From the NCBI GenBank assembly GCA_942493095.1, contig OW818675.1:1230001-1262000 (forward strand): a DNA stretch of 32,000 nt, given 5' to 3'. This DNA is from Candidatus Electronema halotolerans (GTDB lineage Bacteria > Desulfobacterota > Desulfobulbia > Desulfobulbales > Desulfobulbaceae). Both the position numbers and the translations under genes were made by a program. Numbering within the stretch: position 1 is the stretch's first letter; each line of letters starts with the position of its first letter. Of this stretch, positions 25,827-32,000 are shown in pieces. The notes beneath the pieces are model-generated. The model made no database searches. It saw only the letters and a list, made by a program, of their open reading frames with translations, and was not told where the DNA came from.

Positions 25827-26801
25827 TATTTTTCAATAATTAAATACAAATAATCGTCAAAAAAACCTTCATGAATATGCGGATACATTTTCGTCAAGAC
25901 AGACTTGTATTTCCTCTCAATCCATGTTTTCTTTGCTTTGTACCGCCACCCTTCAAACGAGGACAAGCTGCTTAATATATTCAATTTGCTCGCACTGTCA
26001 ATCGTCATTTCAATTTCATGAAAGCTCACTCCTCGTCCTCTTCTTAAAAAAATGTTCCATTTTCAGTTCATTATATTCTGTATATAACTCTTTAAAATTT
26101 TCTCTTGAACTGAATTTTGAATACAAAAAGGCAAGTTCGTTTGGAAGCCAGTTGAAAAAAGGCAGTCTTGATGTGTGACTGTCAAAATACCATAGTCGAT
26201 TTGGTGTTTCAGTAATAATTAGCAATCCTCCAGAAGGAAGCATATCCCAAGAGTCCTTTAGAGACGATAACCTTTCATCTATTGTCATGTGTTCAAGACA
26301 GGCGAAAAAAACAATCATATCAAAACGTTCTGCTTCAAAAAAAGTTCTAATTTCTTGAGCATTCATCGCTTTGAATTCCGCATTCACCTCATAAACTTTA
26401 GCTCGTTGTTTTGCAACAAGCAATGCGCCATCATCAATATCAACACCTGTAACTCTTGCTCCTTGTTCAGCAAAAGCGATAGATGAAGAACCTGTGCCGC
26501 ATCCTATCTCTAGGATATTTTTATTTTTTAAAGAACAGGCATCATCTATCCAAGGAATAACTGTTTTTCTATCACTTTCAAGGCGTTCATGCAAGTGGGC
26601 AGCAATATCTGCCTTATATGCTTCAGGGGAATAACATTCTTTGCTTCTCCATCCTGTATGATAATTTTTTTCGAGAGAGGCTTTGATTAAGGATGCCCCA
26701 TCTTCTTGAATGGATATAAAATTTTCAGATAAATGTTTTGGAACAGGAAATAGAACTTTTCTTGCAACACGCTTAACAGGTTCTTGGATATATCTCAACA
26801 T
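25826..26801 (-). CDS. Class I SAM-dependent methyltransferase, apparently frameshifted into two ORFs (26016-26801 and a C-terminal ORF 25826-26029)
   Basis: '[32 protein letters not shown]...[39 protein letters not shown]'. Reading continues in another frame as '...[22 protein letters not shown]...[19 protein letters not shown]'-like sequence, which fits as the natural C-terminus. Confidence 0.7.
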
Positions 26802-26838
26802 GATATCTTGACCATTCTGAATTTAATCTGTGCCCCTT

Positions 26839-27279
26839 CTAACTCAGCATGTCCAACCGACGCTGATGCCGTCCGCCGGAGAACTCTGTCCGCACCCAAG
26901 TGCGCACAATCTCGCAGGCCAGCTCCGGGCCGATCACCCTGCCGCCGAGACAAAGCACATTGGCGTTGTTGTGCTCGCGGCTCATCCGGGCCGTGAAGGC
27001 TTCGTGGCAGAGCGCAGCCCGGATTTCCCGGTACCGGTTGGCGGCAATGGACATGCCAATGCCAGTGCCGCAGATGAGAATGCCGCGCTCGCAAGCCCCT
27101 GATTTCACCAAGGCGCAGACTTTTTCGGCAAAATCAGGATAATCCACGGATTGGCAATCATGACAGCCCACAGATTCAACTTCCACCGCCAAATCTTGAA
27201 GGCAGCCAAGCACCACCTGCTTCAGCTCAAAACCGCCGTGATCACTGCCCAGTGCAATTTTCATAATCTCAGTCCTCAA
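26839..27279 (-). CDS. rpiB: Ribose-5-phosphate isomerase B
   Basis: 146 aa. 'MKIALGSDHGGFELKQVVLGCLQD...DYPDFAEKV', '[52 protein letters not shown]'. Confidence 0.95.
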   Translation of the reverse strand: MRTEIMKIALGSDHGGFELKQVVLGCLQDLAVEVESVGCHDCQSVDYPDFAEKVCALVKSGACERGILICGTGIGMSIAANRYREIRAALCHEAFTARMSREHNNANVLCLGGRVIGPELACEIVRTWVRTEFSGGRHQRRLDMLS

Positions 27280-28519
27280 ACCGCTTCATAATAATGACCG
27301 CATTGGTGCCGCCGAAGCCAAAGGAGTTGGACATCGCCGCCCGGATGCGCATTTCGCGGGCTGCATTCGGCACATAGTCCAAATCGCAGGCCGGATCAGG
27401 ATGTTCATAATTCATGGTTGGCGGAGCGCACTGATGCTGCATGGTCAGCGCGGTGAAAGCCGCCTCAATGCCGCCTGCGCCGCCGAGCATGTGCCCGGTC
27501 ATAGACTTGGTCGAGCTGATCGCCAATGTGCAAGCGTGGTCGCCAAAAACCGTCTTGATTGCTTTGGTCTCACAGCTGTCATTAAGCGGCGTGGAGGTGC
27601 CGTGCGCATTGATGTAGTCAATCTCGTCCGGGTTCATGCCTGCGGTGCGCAAAGCCATTGCCATGCAGCGGGCCGCGCCTTCGCCGTCCTCTGGCGGGGC
27701 AGCAATGTGGTAAGCATCGCTGCTCAGGCCGTAGCCGACTATTTCCGCATAAATTTTCGCTCCCCGTGCTCGTGCCGATTCCAGCTCCTCAAGCACAATC
27801 ATGCCCGATCCTTCCGCAATGATGAAGCCGTCCCGGTCCCGGTCAAAAGGCCGCGAGGCATGTTCGGGATCGTCGTTGCGGGTGGAAAGCGCCTTCATCG
27901 CCGCAAAACCGCCCACAGTCAGCGGACTTACAACTGACTCAGCACCACCAGTGACAGCAATGTCACAACTGCCGAAAAGAATATGCTTGTACGCCTCACC
28001 GACTGCATGGGTGCCAGCGGCGCAGGCGGTTGAAAGAGCCAGATTCGGCCCTTTGGCACCTAAGCGCATGGAGATGTGCCCGGACGGCATGTTGGGAATC
28101 ATGCGCGGCACGAGAAAGGGCGTGATCCGGCGCGGCCCCTTGGTCAGCAGAACAGAGTGATATTCCTCGATGGTGGGCATGCCGCCCATGCCGCAGCCGG
28201 TGATCACGCCGACCCGCTCCTGCAAGGCCTCGGAAATCTCCAAGCCGCTGTCCTGCACAGCCATGTCTGCTGCGGCCACGGCGTACTGGACAAACAGGTC
28301 AAGATTCTTAACCTGTTTTGGCTCAAACCAGCGTTCAGGCGTGAAATCCTTGACCTCAGCGGCAATTTGCGCGGCATGGGCCGAGGCATCAAAACGGGTG
28401 ATCGGCCCGATGCCGCTGCGCCCGTTCATCAGCCCCTGCCATGTTTTCTCTGTGCCAGTGCCCAATGGGGTCACCAGCCCGATTCCGGTCACCACAACCC
28501 GTCGTTTCATCCTCTTCAT
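27269..28519 (-). CDS. fabF: 3-oxoacyl-[ACP] synthase II
   Basis: 416 aa. 'RRVVVTGIGLVTPLGTGTEKTW', 'ALSTACAAGTHAVGEA', 'INAHGTSTPLND', 'SNSFGFGGTNAVIIM'. Confidence 0.95.
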   Translation of the reverse strand: MKRMKRRVVVTGIGLVTPLGTGTEKTWQGLMNGRSGIGPITRFDASAHAAQIAAEVKDFTPERWFEPKQVKNLDLFVQYAVAAADMAVQDSGLEISEALQERVGVITGCGMGGMPTIEEYHSVLLTKGPRRITPFLVPRMIPNMPSGHISMRLGAKGPNLALSTACAAGTHAVGEAYKHILFGSCDIAVTGGAESVVSPLTVGGFAAMKALSTRNDDPEHASRPFDRDRDGFIIAEGSGMIVLEELESARARGAKIYAEIVGYGLSSDAYHIAAPPEDGEGAARCMAMALRTAGMNPDEIDYINAHGTSTPLNDSCETKAIKTVFGDHACTLAISSTKSMTGHMLGGAGGIEAAFTALTMQHQCAPPTMNYEHPDPACDLDYVPNAAREMRIRAAMSNSFGFGGTNAVIIMKRFED

Positions 28520-28563
28520 CCTGTTGAGTTGGCGGATTCTGCGCCCATGCCGCGCCAGTCTGA

Positions 28564-28806
28564 CTATTCCTGATGCCCTTCCACGTAGTTGATCGCATCC
28601 TGAACAGTCTTGAGCTTCTCGGCATCATCGTCCGGGATTTCGATGTCAAACGCCTCTTCCATAGCCATGATCAGCTCAACCTGATCCAAGGAGTCTGCGC
28701 CAAGATCGTCAACAAAAGAAGCCTTGGGAATCACCTTCTCCTTGTCAACACTGAGCTGTTCAACAATGATATCAATCATCTTTTCTGTAGATGCCGCCAT
28801 GCTCAT
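28564..28806 (-). CDS. acpP: Acyl carrier protein
   Basis: 80 aa. '[47 protein letters not shown]'. Confidence 0.96.
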   Translation of the reverse strand: MSMAASTEKMIDIIVEQLSVDKEKVIPKASFVDDLGADSLDQVELIMAMEEAFDIEIPDDDAEKLKTVQDAINYVEGHQE

Positions 28807-28895
28807 TTCTCCTGAGTTCTTTTATCCAAATAAGGGGGGCAGACCCCTGTGTCTGCCCGGTTTATCCAACCTGTCCAACAAAAAAGCTGCTGCCT

Positions 28896-29645
28896 TTAAT
28901 TGCCCATGTGCATGCCGCCGTTGACATGCAGGGTCTGGCCGGTGATGTAGCCGCTCTCCTCAGAGGCGAGAAAGGCTGCTGCGCTGGCCACGTCGTCCGG
29001 CGTGCCAAGGCTGCCCAGAGGAATGGCCGCCAAAAGGTGCTCTTTCAGCTCCTCTTTCAAATCAGCTGTCATATCCGTGACAATATAGCCAGGCGCGACG
29101 CAGTTGACCGTGATCTGGCGCGAGGCCAGCTCCTTGGCCATTGATTTGGTCAGACCGATCAATCCGGCCTTGGCTGCGGCGTAGTTGACTTGGCCCGCGT
29201 TGCCGGTGCAGCCGATCACAGAGGTGATGTTGATGATCCGGCCCCAGCGGTGCTTCATCATGCCGCGCATGACTTCCTTGGCGCAGAGGAAGGCTCCTTT
29301 GAGATTGGTGTTCAGAACTGCGTCCCAATCCTCGTCCTTCATTCTGGCCATCAGGCTGTCTCTGTTGATGCCCGCGTTGTTGATCAGGATGTCAATGCCG
29401 CCGTGTTTGGCCGTGATCATTCTGACTGCGTTTTGCACTGCCGCACTGTCGGCCACGTCAAAGCCAATGACAAAGCCCTTGCCGCCAGCAGCGGTGATTT
29501 CTGCCAAGACTTCCTCGGCAGCAGCGGCGTTGCTGATATAGTTGATGCCGACATTCACACCCTGAGTTGCCAGCTTCAGGCAGATGGCTTTGCCAATGCC
29601 CCGGCTGCCGCCGGTGACCAAGGCGGTTTTTCCTGCAAGTGTCAT
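28896..29645 (-). CDS. fabG: 3-oxoacyl-[ACP] reductase
   Basis: 249 aa. 'KTALVTGGSRGIGKAICLKLA', 'NNAGINRDSLMARMKDEDWD', 'YAAAKAGLIGLTKSMAKELASR', 'ITGQTLHVNGGMHM'. Confidence 0.95.
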   Translation of the reverse strand: MTLAGKTALVTGGSRGIGKAICLKLATQGVNVGINYISNAAAAEEVLAEITAAGGKGFVIGFDVADSAAVQNAVRMITAKHGGIDILINNAGINRDSLMARMKDEDWDAVLNTNLKGAFLCAKEVMRGMMKHRWGRIINITSVIGCTGNAGQVNYAAAKAGLIGLTKSMAKELASRQITVNCVAPGYIVTDMTADLKEELKEHLLAAIPLGSLGTPDDVASAAAFLASEESGYITGQTLHVNGGMHMGN

Positions 29646-30835
29646 AGACTGCGCTGCTCCCGTATTTTTTCTGTCAATAAGGGCAGAATTTCAAACAGAT
29701 CACCTACTAAGCCGTAGGTGGCAAGATCAAAAATCGGGGCCTTTTCGTCCCGATTGATGGCAATAATGGTTTCTGCCGACTGCATTCCGACGGTATGCTG
29801 CACTGCGCCGGAAATGCCGCAGGCAATGTAGAGTTTGGGGCTGACGGTCTTGCCGGTCTGGCCGACTTGGCAGGGATAACCGATCCAGCCTGAATCCACG
29901 GCAGCCCGCGAGGCGGAAACTGCGCCATGCAGTTCTGTGGCCAGTTCTTGGAGCAGGGCAAAACCCTTCTCGTTCCCCAAACCGCGTCCGCCGCTGACCA
30001 GCACCTCAACCTCTTGAATATTGGCCTCCTGCGCCTGGCTGAACACGGTTTCCAGTACCTCGATTTTCGAGGCCAGCAGTTCCGGGGCAAGCTGGACTTT
30101 GATCACCTCGCCGCTGCGGGCCGCATCGGGCTGGGCCGGAGCCATGACATTGGGCCGCACCGTCGCCATTTGCGGGCGGGACTGCGGGCATTCAATGGTG
30201 GCCATGATGTTGCCGCCAAAGGCCGGGCGGGTTTGCAGGAGCACGCCGTCTTCCGGGCGGACAGCCAAGGCAGTGCAGTCAGCGGTCAGACCCGCGCCTA
30301 AAGCATTTGCCACCTGCGGGATGACCGAGCGGCCTATGGCGGTTGCTCCGGCCAGCACCACTTCCGGCTTGTACTGGACAATCATATATTCCAGCACCTT
30401 GCCGTACACATCTTCTCGATACTGAGCCAAGGCCGGATCATCGGCCAGCAGGACTTTGTCCGCACCAGCAGCGATCAGGTCAGCAGTTTTATTCTCAACA
30501 TCGGCTCCGAGCAAAACGGCGGTCAATGCAGTGCCGCGCTGGTCAGCCAGCTTTCTGCCAATGCCAAGCAGCTCAAAGGCCACTGGCGCAATGCTGCCGT
30601 GCCGGGCTTCGGCAAAGACCCAGATGCCGGACCATGCAGACAGATCGCTTGGCGCGACTTTCTCGGCGGTTTCAATGCGCAGAGCACCCGGCTCGCAGTT
30701 GTCCACGCAGGAGCCGCAGAGGGTGCAGTTGTCGCCGACTGCGGCAACGCCGTCTTTGAGGGTGATGGCTCCAAAGGCGCAGTTGGCTTCGCAAACTCCG
30801 CAGCCGATACATAAGGTGGTGTCAATTATGAGCAT
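29642..30835 (-). CDS. Electron transfer flavoprotein alpha subunit with N-terminal 4Fe-4S ferredoxin domain
   Basis: 397 aa. Two clusters 'CIGCGVCEANCAFGAI' and 'CTLCGSCVDNCEPGAL', then EtfA with the FAD-binding region 'VSGGRGLG...ELATELHGAVSASRAAVDSGWI...QVGQTGKTVSPKLYIACGISGAVQHTVGM'. Confidence 0.92.
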   Translation of the reverse strand: MLIIDTTLCIGCGVCEANCAFGAITLKDGVAAVGDNCTLCGSCVDNCEPGALRIETAEKVAPSDLSAWSGIWVFAEARHGSIAPVAFELLGIGRKLADQRGTALTAVLLGADVENKTADLIAAGADKVLLADDPALAQYREDVYGKVLEYMIVQYKPEVVLAGATAIGRSVIPQVANALGAGLTADCTALAVRPEDGVLLQTRPAFGGNIMATIECPQSRPQMATVRPNVMAPAQPDAARSGEVIKVQLAPELLASKIEVLETVFSQAQEANIQEVEVLVSGGRGLGNEKGFALLQELATELHGAVSASRAAVDSGWIGYPCQVGQTGKTVSPKLYIACGISGAVQHTVGMQSAETIIAINRDEKAPIFDLATYGLVGDLFEILPLLTEKIREQRSL

Positions 30836-30841
30836 ATTTCG

Positions 30842-31369
30842 TTATAAATTTCTAAAAAATTCTTCGCGTTCAGATTGGGGCATTGCTTTAATTGCTTTCA
30901 TTTCATCCGCTGAAAAGACTTGACACCGTACTTCTGCGCTAATACCAACTGAGACTGCAACACCAACAAAAACTTTCTCTAAGAACCGTAAAACGTACTG
31001 ACTGGTCGTACTGCTTGGATTAAGAATAACATGATGAATATTTTCATGAGCGGCTATTTTTTTCGCTCCCTTCTGCAAATCAATGGGCGTAACAACAATC
31101 CCGCCTTGGGCACCTGTATCTTGAATACTGTAGGCAAGTGAGCCAAGTATTGCTTGATTAAGCCGACCTTTTCGATGCTTACATTCAACAATCAGAAAGC
31201 CTTCGCCATTCTTGGAAACACCTTTGGCATCAAGTTCCCAATCCGTGCCAGACGCTCCTGTAACACACTGCTTCCCTTCTACGCATTCAAGGCCAAAGTG
31301 CTCTGCAAATTCATTCAGCAGATACGTTGCAACCTCTTCGTATGATTGCCACGCTTTTTTTTCAGACAT
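30842..31369 (-). CDS. Restriction endonuclease-like protein (PD-(D/E)XK motif)
   Basis: From MSEKKAWQSYEEVATYLLNEFAEHFG; the track ORF extends to 31408. Motif 'GTDWELDAKGVSKNGEGFLIVECKHRKGRLNQ' gives D...ExK. Confidence 0.75.
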   Translation of the reverse strand: MSEKKAWQSYEEVATYLLNEFAEHFGLECVEGKQCVTGASGTDWELDAKGVSKNGEGFLIVECKHRKGRLNQAILGSLAYSIQDTGAQGGIVVTPIDLQKGAKKIAAHENIHHVILNPSSTTSQYVLRFLEKVFVGVAVSVGISAEVRCQVFSADEMKAIKAMPQSEREEFFRNL

Positions 31370-31404
31370 TGCCACACCTTCTATCAAATACCATAAATAA
31401 CCAA

Positions 31405-31830
31405 TCATGCAAATGGATTGACTATTTTTGTCCTCTCAAGGACAAAACCATCTTGCATATCTTCGGAATATAAAATGTCTGCGCCGCTTTGGACAGCACA
31501 GACAACAACAAGGCTATCCCAGAAAGAAAAATTATGATTCTCGCGTAGCTCTGAAGATTTTATCAGAATTTCCTTGTCAATCCCTACTACTTCATATCTG
31601 TCATAAAAACTCTGAATAAGTTCTCTCGCTTCTCCCTCGGAAAACTTAACCTTTCTGATAAGATTGGAGCAAACTTCGTTTATTATCTGCGTACTGACCG
31701 CAATTGATTGATTTTGAATCAAAGCTGTTGCGATATTCGCCTTGCGAGCATCTTGTGTCTCGATAAAAGCATACAGCCAGATATTCGAGTCAACAAAGCA
31801 AATCCCGCTTTGTTCATCAGCCACGGTCAT
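31405..31830 (-). CDS. PIN-domain protein, VapC-like toxin
   Basis: 141 aa. 'CFVDSNIWLYAF', 'STQIINEVCSNLIRK', 'FSFWDSLVVVCAVQSGADILYSEDMQDG' with conserved acidic residues. Confidence 0.88.
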   Translation of the reverse strand: MTVADEQSGICFVDSNIWLYAFIETQDARKANIATALIQNQSIAVSTQIINEVCSNLIRKVKFSEGEARELIQSFYDRYEVVGIDKEILIKSSELRENHNFSFWDSLVVVCAVQSGADILYSEDMQDGFVLERTKIVNPFA

Positions 31831-32000
31831 ATATTTCTTCTCGCGTCAACGGTTTAAAATCAGGAATTTTCAAAGGGGATTTCAGCAAGCGGTCAATCAT
31901 GTCAGAAGCCGCTTCCACAGCATCCTCTTTCAGCAGGATCACCTTCACAGTGCTGCTTTGAATCTTCCTTCTGTAGCGTTCAGGAATTTCAATGACACCG
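31817..32000 (-). CDS. Probable VapB-like antitoxin, partial (5' end beyond the window)
   Basis: Reverse-strand frame '...VIEIPERYRKIQSSTVKVILLKEDAVEAASDMIDRLLKSPLKIPDFKPLTREEIYDRG*'. Overlaps the PIN gene start by 14 bp. Confidence 0.7.
   Translation of the reverse strand, partial: GVIEIPERYRRKIQSSTVKVILLKEDAVEAASDMIDRLLKSPLKIPDFKPLTREEIYDRG

Noticed and set aside
1-32000. tRNA or rRNA genes
   Set aside because: No recognisable rRNA segment or convincing tRNA cloverleaf was noticed by eye; a tRNAscan-SE or Infernal run would be needed to exclude them formally.

Overview
This 32 kb bacterial window is probably from a deltaproteobacterial or Desulfobulbales-like anaerobe, though that placement is a weak inference from gene content. 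Conserved blocks:
- cinA.
- hypA-hypB-hypF.
- A MetF-type reductase with a C-terminal Zn/Cys domain.
- A mod (molybdate/tungstate) locus: modE-like regulator, outer-membrane beta-barrel, modA, modB, [toxin-antitoxin insertion], modD, modC.
- A fatty-acid block: ferredoxin-EtfA fusion, fabG, acpP, fabF, rpiB.
Accessory material lies between these blocks:
- A two-gene DUF4365-like (PD-(D/E)XK-type) module at 8769-10455, followed by a six-unit array of imperfect palindromes.
- Several toxin-antitoxin-like pairs or remnants.
- A PD-(D/E)XK-like nuclease next to a VapBC-like pair.
- A recent tandem duplication encoding two identical secreted Gly/Tyr-rich proteins.
- A tandem pair of secreted Met-rich small proteins.
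At two loci (SPFH gene and rpiB) the 3' end of a gene is repeated in direct orientation on the far side of cargo.
The best candidates for something undescribed are the DUF4365 two-gene module with its downstream palindrome array, the beta-barrel inside the mod operon under a ModE-box-like palindrome, and the secreted Gly/Tyr-rich and Met-rich proteins. All family names come from reading protein motifs by eye; no database search was run.
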